NCBI RefSeq assembly: GCF_006345805.1
Contig: NC_043005.1
Span: forward strand, 56,048,001 to 56,112,000
Reading direction: 5' to 3'
Length of the DNA stretch: 64,000 bases
From: Octopus sinensis
Taxonomy: Eukaryota
Positions 37,451 to 49,164 of this stretch are shown here, in pieces. The position numbers were made by a program, and so were the translations under genes. The notes under the pieces are model-generated. The model did no database searches and was not told where the DNA came from. It saw only the letters and a list, made by a program, of their open reading frames with translations. The first letter of the stretch is position 1. The number at the start of each line of letters is the position of its first letter.

Positions 37451-38835
37451 GTATATTTTTCTCACTCTGTCCATTTTTATCTAACTCTCTTCTCTTCTCT
37501 CCTCATTTTCCAAGTAGAACTAAGTATCACTATTCTTCCTTCCCCTTTTATTTTCCTTCCTGTTTCCTCTCCCTGTCATGTCAATGTATTCATGTTAATC
37601 ATTTCATGAATCACAAGGGCTGGTAGCATCTGATCTTTAATTCTATCTGTTCTAATATTAAGCAGAGAGAAATTGTTTCCTTGGGTAAAATGCTAATCTA
37701 TTACAGATAACTGTGTAATTTCCTCTTGCATCTCAGACCAGACACTAAGATGCCCACAACCAAATGAATAACCAAGTATAACTTAAAAGGAAATTGAACA
37801 CTACCTACAAGGAAATTTATGTATCTTTTCAATTGCATATATGATATTTATGTCATGAGCAAAGAAGACACACTCTTTCACAACTATCAGGTGATGTCAA
37901 GGCAAGGATACACACACAAACACACACACTCATGTGCACACACACCCATGTGCGTGCATGCATATGCAAAGACACACACACACACATATGTATATATGAT
38001 AGATTTCTTTTAATATTCATCAACCAAATCCAGTCACAAGGCTTTGGGGTGGCATGGCACTGTTATAGAAGATCCCTTACACAATGAAACTGAACCCAAA
38101 ACTGTGTGGTTCGAAAACAAACATCTTACCACAAAGCCACACCCTGTGCCTATATCTATGTATGTGTGAGTGTGTGTGAAAATAGGTACACTGTTAAATA
38201 CCCCACTTTCCATGAAGTTATATCAGTTATTTATTATATTCATTTCTTTATTGCCTGCAAGGAGCTAAACATAGAGGGGACAAACAAGGACAGACAAAGG
38301 GATTCAGTTGATTTCATCGACCCTGGTGCATAACTGGCACTTATTTAATTGCCCACCAAAAGGATGAAAGGCAATGTTGACCTTGGCGGAATTTGAACTC
38401 AGAACATAGCAGCAGACGAAATGCCGCTAAGCATTTCACCCACCATGCTATTGATGTGGCTGTATGGTTAAGAAGTTCAGAACCATTTGACATGGAGTTT
38501 GCTCCCGCTGCATAGAAACTTGGCTGCTGTTGCCTAATAATATAGCTGTGAATTGACCAATACCTTGTCAGTGAAATTTGGTGTATTGAAATTAAAAGGA
38601 GTTCTCTTTTTCTCTCTCTTTATGTATGTATATATGTATGTATATGTGGAAACAAGGAAAATGCCACTTGTATTTGAAGACTATCCAAATATTCTTTTAA
38701 AAAACTTTTCTCATAATTTTTCCAAAATTTAATTGTTTTCCATACTTACAGTTGAAAAAGTTTCAATGACTGAAACTGGTACTGAAATGTTTTTTATAAA
38801 ATAATTTTAGCATTTTCTATCTTGACCTTTTTTTT

Positions 38836-38879
<44 letters not shown>

Positions 38880-39371
38880 CATTACTTAGTGTGTTTACCA
38901 GTTTGTTATTTTTGAGGGTTGTTTTGGATGTTACAAAAACAACAGAATTTTGCACACCCTACCTCCACCCCACAAAAGAAAATATCCCCAAAACAAACCA
39001 AGATCATTTTTTTCACTTTCCTGATATCATAGGAAGAATGTTGTAATTTGAAAATAATTCTTTTTTTATAATTTTAGTTATTTCAACAATAAATTGTCTT
39101 TATATACGTGTGTGTGTGTGTGAGTGTGTGTGCAATAGCAGTCATAAGATCAATGTTGGTACCCATGACCTTTTCAGTTGAGGTTCAACTTGAAGACTTG
39201 TAGATCAGTCTTTGCCCTGCAGAGTGATGGGGAAAGTGGAATGGGCTGTCATTCTGATAAGGAAAGATTGGTTGAAGTGTCTAATAAATGTGACAGGAAG
39301 AAGAAATATGGAGGGAGGGATGATACTTATGTGTGTGTGTGTGTTGGTATGTTTATATGTGTATGTGTGTG

Positions 39372-39412
<41 letters not shown>

Positions 39413-39869
39413 ATGTATATATATATATACACACAAGGCAGAGAAATGAATATAGTTACACTAATTAATATAATTGTTTTTCTTTATATTTTTATTGGTT
39501 TAGATCAGTTATTGACAAATTGCAGCCATTCAGGACTTTATGAATGGGACACCAAAAAAAAAAATTACCATGAACTCTTTTAGTGGTGTGGTATGCCTGA
39601 TGAGCTGTGTCCCATGTGGCCTGCTTCTTGAGAAAGTTTGCCAGTGCCTGGTTTAGATAGTGCTGTTGTTGCTGTTAGTAGTGGTGGTGATGGTGTCAGC
39701 CTTGATCAAAGAAACCTATTATGAAAGGCATTCTAGTCATGATCATCTTGTCTTTTTTCATGTGTGCGAGGAGCTCGGGATCTATTCATTCAACTTATTT
39801 TTTGCAAAGACCATAAAGTGGGAGTTGAAAGAATTTGGCAGCTATTTCTTGCAGGTGGTGTTTAGTGTG

Positions 39870-40255
39870 ACCATCATCATCACCATCATCACTACCACCA
39901 TCATCCACCACCACCATCAGCAGCAACAGCAGCATCACCACCACCACCGTCATCATCATCAACATCAGCACCACCACCATCAGCACCACCACCATCAGCA
40001 CCACCACCATCATCACCACCACCATTAGCACCACCACCATCATCACCACCACCATCAGCACCACCACCATCATCATCATCACCACCACCATTATCATCAC
40101 CACCACCATTATCATCACCACCACCATCATCACCACCACCATCATCATCACCATCATCATCAGCATCACCACAATCACCATCACCATCATCACAACCACC
40201 ATCATCATCACAACCACTACTATCATCATCACCACTATTTTCATCATTACCATGA
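39870..40255. repeat. Compound (CAT/CAC/CAG)n trinucleotide expansion, ~380 bp
   Basis: Directly visible. It abuts TTTAACATCCACTTTTCCATGC, the reverse-complemented RTE-type tail, so it is an expanded (GAT)n retroposon tail. Confidence 0.9.
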
Positions 40256-41288
40256 TTTTAACATCCACTTTTCCATGCTTGTATGGGTTGGATAGAATTT
40301 GTTAAAACTTACTTTTCTATGGCCAGATATCCTCCCTGTCGCCACCCCTCAGCTGTTTTCAAGTAAGGCAATGTTTCCCCATGGCCAAATATGTTTTCAC
40401 AGAACATTGGGAACAGAGGACACTGCTTGCATGACAGTGACACCCGTGGACAACTATCACATGAAGTCAAGGCAAGGTGACAGTAACACACACACACACA
40501 CATATGTGTATGATAGGTTTCTTTCTGTTTCTCTCTACCAGATCTACTTACAAGGCTTTGGTCAGCCTGGGGCTATAGCAGAAAGCACTTCCATAAGGTG
40601 CCATGCAGTGTTCTAAACACTAAAACCTTGTAGTTGGCAAGCAAACTGCTTACCACACAGTTTCGCCTGCCCTACATCTGTGCAACAGTATCATAGGAAA
40701 AAAATAAGAAAAATAAACATAGGTGGGTATGGGATAAATTCTAGAAGTTTGAAAAGATTCTAGGAGTAGGTAAAGTGTTAGTTTAAAGTCTGGAGACAGA
40801 GAGAGAAAGTGAGAGAGTGCAAGAAGGTGAGACGCAGTAAGGTCAACAGGGCGCAGTGAAGAAAATCTGGATGTATTTCATATAGAACTGGTTGGAAGTA
40901 ATATAAAACTAGCCAGTTGCAAAGGGCAGAAGTCATGGATGTAATGGCAAAACAGTCTGAGAGAGGGAGAAGAGAGATAAATGAATACATGGGTGTACCG
41001 CAGTTTGTGTGTGTGGGTTACTGAGTGAGTCTGGTTGGAATAATTTTAACGATTACCTATATTTTATGAAAAGGTAGGTGATCTGATATAGGTTTACTGC
41101 TAAAGAAATCGGTTTACCAATTTCTGTTTTGATTTTTTTTTTTCATTTAAATACATTCTGCTTATTTTACAATCAATGCTAATGGTCAGTCTTCATGTTT
41201 ATTACAAACCAGGATTTTGTTTTTTTGCTTTCACTCTCTAAGTGCACTAGTGTCCGTAAGTTTTATTTACAGACAATTATATGTGGAG

Positions 41289-41289
<1 letters not shown>

Positions 41290-41320
<31 letters not shown>

Positions 41321-41355
41321 CATTATTATTATTATTATTATTATTATCATTATTA

Positions 41356-41390
<35 letters not shown>
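41290..41390. repeat. (ATT)n microsatellite
   Basis: Directly visible, with two ATC interruptions. Confidence 0.95.
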
Positions 41391-41923
41391 GATAGTAATA
41401 AAAAGAAATGAATAACCTCTAACTAATGATTCCCAGGTAGAAATATATTGAATATGTCAAACACGACCCCCAAGGAAAAATCAATATTTACTTCATCTTG
41501 TCTGTGTATGTGAGTGTGTCAGCCTGTCATGTGGAATTATATGTGTATATATGTAAGCGTATATGTAAATTTATGAGTGTATGGTATATATTTGTGTGCA
41601 CACAGAAATGTAATTATATATATATATTTGTATTGGATATATACATACATATGTTTGTATGTCATATATATATGTAATATATATATATATATTCTTTTAT
41701 TTGTTTGTCATTTGACTACAGCCATGATGGAGCACCGCCTTTAGTCAAACAAATCGACCCCAGGACTTATTCTTTCTAAACGTAGTACTTATTCTATCAG
41801 TCTCTTTTGCTGAGCCACTAAGTTATGGGGACATAAACACACCAACATCGGTTGTCAAACAATGGTGTGGGAACAAACACACACACAAACATATACGATA
41901 CATACACACATACACACACACAC

Positions 41924-41959
<36 letters not shown>

Positions 41960-42283
41960 TAATAGTAATGGTATGACAACAAAAGAATGAATGAGACCTC
42001 GATATTATGTAAAGAGACGAATTTATCTGTAATATGATATGTGACAATTATTCGGTTGCCATAATAAAAACTCCGAGTTTAGGATGTCGGGGCAGAAATC
42101 TGCTCCGGCATCTCGTCAGTTATTAAGACAAACAAAAATGCTATGAAAGTGATCGTTAAACAAAGGGAAATTACTATGTGAATGACCGTTATTAAGACAA
42201 ACAAAAGAGCTATTGGAATGACCATTAAATAAAGGGAAGAAACCTCAAAGGGAGAAAGTAAAAAACACTCATAGAATTTTGCG
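41960..42283 (-). mobile_element. Non-coding cassette 3 in microsatellite, with a hammerhead-like motif and an internal ~69-bp duplication
   Basis: Bounded by (TA)n on the left and (CA/TACA)-rich repeat on the right. GTTATTAAGACAAACAAAA occurs at 42119 and 42188. Confidence 0.6.
42062..42126 (-). ncRNA. Degenerate type I hammerhead ribozyme-like motif
   Basis: Minus strand TTAATAA-CTGACGA-GATGCCGG-AGCAGATTTCTGCC-CCGACATC-C-TAAA-CTC-G-GAG-T-T-TTTATTA. Perfect CUGACGA core, 7/8-bp stem II plus inner hairpin GCAG/CTGC, TAAAC instead of GAAAC, CTC/GAG stem III, and TAATAA/TTATTA stem I one base out of register. Confidence 0.6.
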
Positions 42284-44323
42284 TATGCACACATGTACAT
42301 ACATACATATGTACATACACACCCACGTACATGTGCATATATGCATATGCTCACTCACACTCGCATGAAACACATGCACACCCACACACACAAACCTAAA
42401 CATGTACACATACATATCTGCACATGCACACACACACGTACACATACCCATATGAGCACAATTATATTCATATACATATCTAAATGTAATATGCGTGTGT
42501 GTGTGTGTTTAATCCCCACCATTGCTTGACAACTAGCGTTGGTTTATTTATGCTCCTGTAACTTAGTGGTTCAGCAAAAAAAGACTGATAGAATAAGTAC
42601 CAGACTTAAAAAAAAAAAAGAAAGAAAATGTACCAGGGTCCCAGGGCCAATTTGTCTGACTAAACCTTTCAAGTTAGTGCTCCAGTATGGCCACAGTCTA
42701 ATAACTGAAACAAGTAAAAGATAAGATTTGGTGTTGGATCTCTGTGGTTTAATGCTGAAAATTCAGTATTTTTGATCAACTGGATTACCTACTCCTGAGT
42801 TAACATTTACATGGCTTAGTGTTCCACACACATACACATGTACCCTTAATGTAATTTGCTGGCAGAATCAGCGTAACATGGTGTGCATATATGACAAAGC
42901 TGTAATGCTTGAATTAGAGGTAGAATGCATCCTGCGTAGCTTCTATGCAGATTCTTTCAACTCAGTTTCATTCACAAGCAATGGGTTTACCTGAGGTTAG
43001 AGAAAATGACATTTGTGCAATTTGTTACATTGAGAGATTGAACCCAAGACCTAATGGTTGTGAATCAAACTCCTTAACCATTTAGCTAGTACCGTATTAA
43101 GACATGGGCACACTGGGTAAGTTGCCCAAGGACTCTGCAGGTCTAGGGGTTCAACTTACATGCTATCAATAAATAAATAAATAGTACTGGGCTTCACTGA
43201 GGAAATGACAAGGAACTGAGACTTGTGACAATTTGCTGTACCTGAGAAGACATGTCATGCTGAGTAAAATCACAGCCTTCCATACATACAGGCATGTCCT
43301 TTGCAGATTGCTGGTGCCATGCATAATGCATTCATGCTGGTAGCACGTAAAAAGCACCCAGCACACTCAGAAAAATGGTTCACGTATGGAAGGGCATCCA
43401 GCCATAAAAACCATGCCATGTCCGGACAGCTCTCTGGTTGGCCAGCTCATGTCAAGCCATCCAACCCATGCCAGCATGGAAAACGGATATTAAATAATGA
43501 TGATGATATAGGGCCAGTGAATTGATATGCCTGGGGGTCTATAATGTTAACATGACCCTACATTCAGCCATGCTTGCATCTTTATACATATACACATGCA
43601 TACAATGTATACACTTACATACATTTACACACAGCTATATATATATATATATATGTGTGTGTGTACGTGTACAGATATATATATATATGCTTGTGAACAT
43701 GTTGAAGCAAGTTCTAAATTCTTTCCGTATTCATTTGTATCCTGCGTTATTGATTTAAGAAATAGTTTATAATTTTTGTTTCTACTTCTTGTTTTTAGTC
43801 ATCAGATTATATTGATGTTGCAGGAATATGATTTCCAAGCAGAAGCTTTTATATCTAAAATTTCAGTTAACCTGAAGATATCTAAAAAAAAAAACAACAC
43901 AGAGATTATAAGTGATCAACTCCAACTGCAACAACAAACAATAATAATATCTAATGGTCTTTGTTGTTTTTGTTCCATTGCATGCACGCACATGCACACA
44001 CACATAATGTATATTTGTATTTATTTATATATTTTCATTATGAAAGAAAACAAGCAAGTCACAGCCATCAATTTTTGCCATAGTTGTTAAAGAGGATTTT
44101 GTGGAATCTCTTACGGCTGCTTTTATTGCTTGTTTTCTACTACTACTAGTTAATTAATTCACATCAAACATGTCTAATTACATGTTATTACTTGCACTAG
44201 CTGGTTGAATGGAGATACAGCTTTCACAACACCTCATATTGTTGTTTAGCCCTGGGTCAGACCTGAATGTGCAAATCCATGATAGTCAAGTCAGCCAAAC
44301 TTTTAAGGGTTTCTCAGACTATA

Positions 44324-44559
44324 TAGTTAAGTTAAGTTAATTTTTTGGCTCAAAAAGCGAAAGCAAGGCCATGTAGGAGGACATAGAGTTATGTACAGGG
44401 AAGGTGTTCGTGCAAAGAGTTCAGGCCATTTCTAGTCAAGAGAGTCTTTGAACCGAGCGGCGTCGGCATCTTCACTATCTCATCCGGCAGCTTATTCCAT
44501 GGACCCGCAATCCTGACAGAGAAAGCCTCTCTCCTTTGATTGAGATGAAATCGTCACAG
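44324..44559 (-). mobile_element. CR1-clade LINE 3' end
   Basis: The minus strand reads RREAFSVRIAGPWNKLPDEIVKMP...FKDSLD*KWPELF (CR1 FSVR..WN.LP..V....FK..LD motif), with an (AACTT)n terminal repeat. Confidence 0.85.
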
Positions 44560-46054
44560 ATAGAGCTGTACTACTAAATGTATTCATTGCATTTTAAGAG
44601 AGCAGGTAATGATTTTGAGTTCTGACTGCTATTTCTAGCATTTTGAGCGATTGCATAGAAGTTCCTTCATTGGTTTGGTGTAGACCTGCTGTGAAGCTTG
44701 TGTGGATTCAGTGAATTCAATGCCGAGTCATACCACTTCACTCACTCACTCATATCTTTCCTTCAGTGATGTGACAAGTGTTTTTAGTTTTAATTACGTT
44801 TGTTATTCCAATTAGCTTGAGATTACGGGAGATAAACAAAGCTAGCTGAGGTTTAATCAACTGCAAAACAACATATTATCTTCAGTTACATTGTGACTCC
44901 TAGTTTCATCTATTGTTGTTGTAACTGTCAGTCATCATAACTGGCATGTTGTGTTTGCCCCAATAAAAGTTCAGTGTTGCAATCCAAAGATAGGATGGTT
45001 ACATTTGAAACACCTTTGGCCATAGGTTTGCTTAATTGAGGATGACCTGGCACTAAACATCAGCAGCAATAATGGCATACTTTCATGAGGATGCCATTAT
45101 GAGATCACTCAGCCCACTAGAAATAGCAACCAAACCTCCCTTTGATTACACTCTACTGTTTTAAATAAAGAATCATTATTTGACATATGATTTCCTATGC
45201 TGGTGTGTGTTGGACAGGTTTTCGTAGCAGTGTTTAATGCCCAATGCTCTGCATGACCGCAACCCTTTTAGTTTCCACTTGCAACATGTGGTGATATGGT
45301 GCACCTTCTCTAAAACAAACATGCACATAGTATGTCTTAAATAAAGAATACATTGGATAATGTAATCCTAGGTGTCTTGAGGAAGCAGGTTCTTATGATA
45401 TCTAAAACTTATCCATACCTTGTTTGAAAGATTTTCTTCTTAGGCATATAGTGGAGTCATACTGCATTTCTAGCTCAACACCTGTTGCTAATTAATGTCT
45501 ACGTTTGAATCCTCAGATTATGTTGCCTTTAATCCTTGCTTCCTCTCATTGTTGGTGCATTCATTTCAGGAGAATATATCTTGTGTTGTTTTCTAGGTTT
45601 GAAATTTGACTATTATTCTTGTTCATTCATATAAATACCTTATCCTATCATGATATTTCTGTGACTTAATGGCTCTAATTGTTTACTAATAACCTTTTTC
45701 TTGACCACATTTCTCTCAGGTCATTCAGCTTAAGTCCTTTCAGGTCGTGAACTTCTTTAAAGGAAACCAAATAATCTGCATATTATGAAAGTTTAATTAA
45801 CAGATTAAGAGGTGGTTGAATGGAGAGGAGCCTCAATAATTTCATACCTTAAAGCTTCTTAAGTTTATAATTTTATACATGCATTCTCATTCCATTCATT
45901 AGTTGTAGATAGGTGATTATGATGATGCTGGTACCTTCTAGCAGCATTGATGCTAGCAATGAATGGTCCAACTTCTTATAGCTGACTTTAGAACATAGTT
46001 TCTTTCATCCAGCATATACACATACATAAATACATGTTTGCTCATATAAATATA

Positions 46055-46085
<31 letters not shown>

Positions 46086-46088
46086 CTA

Positions 46089-46131
<43 letters not shown>

Positions 46132-46170
46132 TATATCCAGTGATATAAACTATATATACTAATTAGATTT

Positions 46171-46265
<95 letters not shown>
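46055..46265. repeat. Compound (TA)n/(CT)n microsatellite
   Basis: Directly visible. Other long (TA)n runs at ~1103-1142, ~11310-11360, ~26777-26816, ~30570-30625 and ~56105-56150. Confidence 0.95.
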
Positions 46266-46266
<1 letters not shown>

Positions 46267-47120
46267 TTAATTGCATATGGTTTTATAGATAATCTGAGTT
46301 TTAGCCTTTTCACTAATGTTCTTTCATTGCTAATCTTCCCTCATTTATATTTTACTATTTGTTTCCACTTAATACATACTTAAAATTTTAGTTCTCTAAC
46401 AGACACCCTGTAATTTACTATCATTTTGCACAGGTGCTTGTGTTTATGTGTACATGCTCATAGCTATTAAGAATCCTTCAGGGGATTCAGTAAATGTATT
46501 TTACCCACCAGTGGTGATGACCTACAAAAATAACAGTCAGTTTTAAGTGACAGTACTCTGCAAAATATCCATTGTAATTTTTCACTTCTCATCCAGAACA
46601 TCAAAAATGAATAATGAAATTAATACCCAATAAAAAAAAATTACAGAACAACCTCTGTCATATTTGTAATATAATTATGGTAGGGTAGCATGCATACGTT
46701 ATGTAGTGGAGTTGTAAAACTTCAATCAACTAAGGTTATTCAAGCAATAAATAGGTAAAAAAATTCTCTTCTTCCGTATTTTTCTCTGCTACGCTTTTCA
46801 GTGAGCTATCTTTTGGAAGTTCATGTAGCATATTGTTTTTTTTTTCCTGTGAGATAAGGTTGCTACTCCTTTCATTCAACTCTTAATATAAAGATGCAAG
46901 GGAATTAATTCCTGTTAGATCAGATCAAAATTTTTGTACAATGTAGATAATGCAATTTGGAGTGGATCTGGTCTTTAAAACCAGCTGGTGAAAAAAACAC
47001 CTTTGTGATGGTTAGAGAGTGAGAGAAAAAGAAAGAGAGAGAAATAGTGAACAGAAGGACTGTAGTGATGCTGATTATGAATGATTTAGTTTTCTATCAT
47101 TCTTTCAAAAATTAATGAAC

Positions 47121-47329
47121 TACTGTATTTTTTGACCTACAAGTCGAATTTTTAAGACCATAATTTACAACCAAAACGAGGTAGGTTCACTTATATACCA
47201 AAATGACTTTGGAAGGCCGAAACTTTCAGGTGAAATGCAGTAGGATTTGAAAAGATAATGATGATATTTGAATCTTTACACTGTGTTTGCATTATATGTA
47301 CATCAACTTGTATGCCAGAAAATACAGTA
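47121..47329. mobile_element. Tc1/mariner-pogo-type MITE
   Basis: TIRs TA-CTGTATTTTTTGACCTACAAGTCGA / TCAACTTGTATGCCAGAAAATACAG-TA with TA target dinucleotides. Confidence 0.8.
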
Positions 47330-47703
47330 CTAGTGTTGGGTAGTGGACTGGTGGAAACGTTTGAGCATCAGAAGGGATGCCTTGTGAGCCTAGATCTTTA
47401 ATGTTATGTGTTCAAATCCCACCATAACTTACCTGGGTAACAGATTTAATCCATCATCCTGTTGAACACCACCACTTGGCTTTTAAGTGCAGTATAAGTG
47501 GAGTCCACTTTGTTGCAAGCTTTCAGACCAGGTCTCCAGTTTGAAGATACCTCTCTCCTTCCCACTCATATCCAAGTAGACTAGTGGGGTGCTGTGTTGT
47601 ATAATAATATTATAGCCCATATAACTAATGGTATTAGTCTAGTGGAGTTTAGGTTGATGACATCAATATGGTTCTAGATTAATCTAATTACTAGATTAAT
47701 ATG

Positions 47704-48042
47704 TGAAGGCACACGACTCAATGGTTAGAGCATTGGGCTCACAATTATGAGGTAGTGAGTTCGATTTCCAGACCGGGTTGTGTGTTGTGTACTTGAGCAA
47801 GACACTTTAATTTCATGTTGCTCCAGTTCATGCAGCTGTAGAAATGAGTTATGATGTCACTAGTGCCAAGCTGTATCGGTGTTTGCCTTTCCTTTGCATA
47901 ATATCGGTAGTGTGGAGAGGTGAGGCTGGTATGCATGGGTGACTGCTGGTCTAGCATAAACAACCTTGCCTGGACTTGTGCCTTGGAGAGGAACTTTCTA
48001 GTTGAAATCCCATGGTCATTCATGACCGAAGGAGTTCTTTAC
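47704..48042 (+). mobile_element. Full-length SINE family F with a 9-bp TSD
   Basis: Head GGCACACGACTCAATGGTTAGAGC...GAGTTCGATTTCC, core TGTGTACTTGAGCAAGACACTT. TSD ATTAATATG at 47695-47703 and 48043-48051. Confidence 0.9.
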
Positions 48043-48069
48043 ATTAATATGGTGAAGTATATAGTGGGT

Positions 48070-48370
48070 GTGGAGGTGCAATGGCCCAGTGGTTAGGGCA
48101 GCGGACTCGCGGTCGTAGGATCGCGGTTTCGATTCCCAGACTGGGCGTTGTGAGTGTTTATTGAGCGAAAACACCTAAAGCACCACGAGGTTCCGGCAGG
48201 AGTGGTGGCGATCCCTGCTGTACTCTTTCGCCACAACTTTCTCTCACTCTTTCTTCTGTTGGCCTGCTTGCTTAGCCAGCAGGGTGGCATCATTTGAAGG
48301 CTAAAACAATGCAAAGCGCACTGTGACCAGCGATGTGTAGCAACATCTAATAGCCTGGTCAGTCACGGTG
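48070..48370 (+). mobile_element. Young tRNA(Arg)-derived SINE (OR-type) with a perfect 11-bp TSD
   Basis: A-box TGGCCCAGTGG, anticodon-like GACTCGCG (TCG), B-box-like GGTTTCGATTCC; CpG-rich. TSD ATATAGTGGGT at 48059-48069 and 48371-48381. Confidence 0.9.
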
Positions 48371-49164
48371 ATATAGTGGGTATCTTCATCAATCAAAATT
48401 GATCTCACATCTGCACAAGTATGTACCGACTTGGGTAAAATTTCTCAAAGAAGACTGGCTGTTGCCCATACATGCATGTCTCTCTTCACCAGGTCATCAG
48501 TGTTCATCCAAGAGAAAGACAACTGACTTGGGCTCATACAGTCTGGCACCAGCGTTGTCAAAGACGTTGCTGCCAGAACACAAACAGCTTGAACAGATAC
48601 TGCAAGTCATCTTTCCTGACCCTCTTTCATTTCTACAAATCCAACACACCAAATTGATGCTCCTTTTATAAACCTCAAAAGGATGAAAGGCAAGGTTTAT
48701 CTTGGTGAGATTTGAACTCGTGTGCAAAGAGTTGAAACAAATGCTGTGAGGCATTCTGCCCAAACTGAAGGAATTGGTAAATCTGATGGGGGAAATGTAC
48801 TACCAAGAAGTTCAGAGGAGCAGAAATCATCTTACATAAAATGATAGTATTTTGTATTTTTCTGTCTCTGTCTGTCTGCATGCCTGCCTGCCTGCTTCTC
48901 TCCCTACCTCTCTCTCACTGTCTGTCTCTCTATATCCTTACATGCACATCAAAGGCAATTAACTGCTATGATATTTTTATTGCCTGTTTCATTAAAACAA
49001 AATACAAACATACAGGTTGTTTAGTTAACTAATATTCTATAGATATAAATTTAACTTTCCATGTATAAATTGCATGTAGTTATATAACTCTATGTATATT
49101 TCATTATTTATTTAATGATAAAATTGCAGCATCTTTTTTAATCAATTAATCCCTTTAAATGCAG

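Larger units (their letters stand above)
41694..42725. repeat. ~1-kb foldback formed by two oppositely oriented tail-B modules lacking heads
   Basis: 41694-41890 (TTGTCATTTGACTACAGCCATG...TTGTCAAACAATGGTG) is the reverse complement of 42505-42725 (CACCATTGCTTGACAAC...GACTGATAGAATAAGTAC...ACTGAAACAAGTAAAAG). Confidence 0.85.

Noticed and set aside
39660-40268. Poly-His (+) and poly-Met/Val (-) ORFs as metal-binding or structural proteins
   Set aside because: They derive wholly from a triplet repeat contiguous with a retroposon tail and are flanked by repeats on both sides.
40720-41000. Possible CR1/L2 3' fragment on the minus strand
   Set aside because: Only a faint PYCVS-like resemblance, too degraded to call.
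41243-41255. Candidate 13-nt microexon TGCACTAGTGTCC (tctctaag/gtaagt)
   Set aside because: The aag acceptor is atypical, and joining it with the other candidates gave a stop or a phase mismatch.
43799-46900. Several strong polypyrimidine acceptors (43798, 44766, 45719, 46432, 46802)
   Set aside because: None has a convincing donor with an open frame; such tracts are common in T-rich intronic sequence.
47205-47235. GGAAGGCCGAAAC as another hammerhead
   Set aside because: There is no CUGANGA-like core at the right spacing, and it lies inside a DNA-transposon MITE.
48070-48145. Functional tRNA-Arg gene
   Set aside because: The acceptor stem cannot be closed, the sequence continues into a SINE body, and the whole unit is bounded by an 11-bp TSD.
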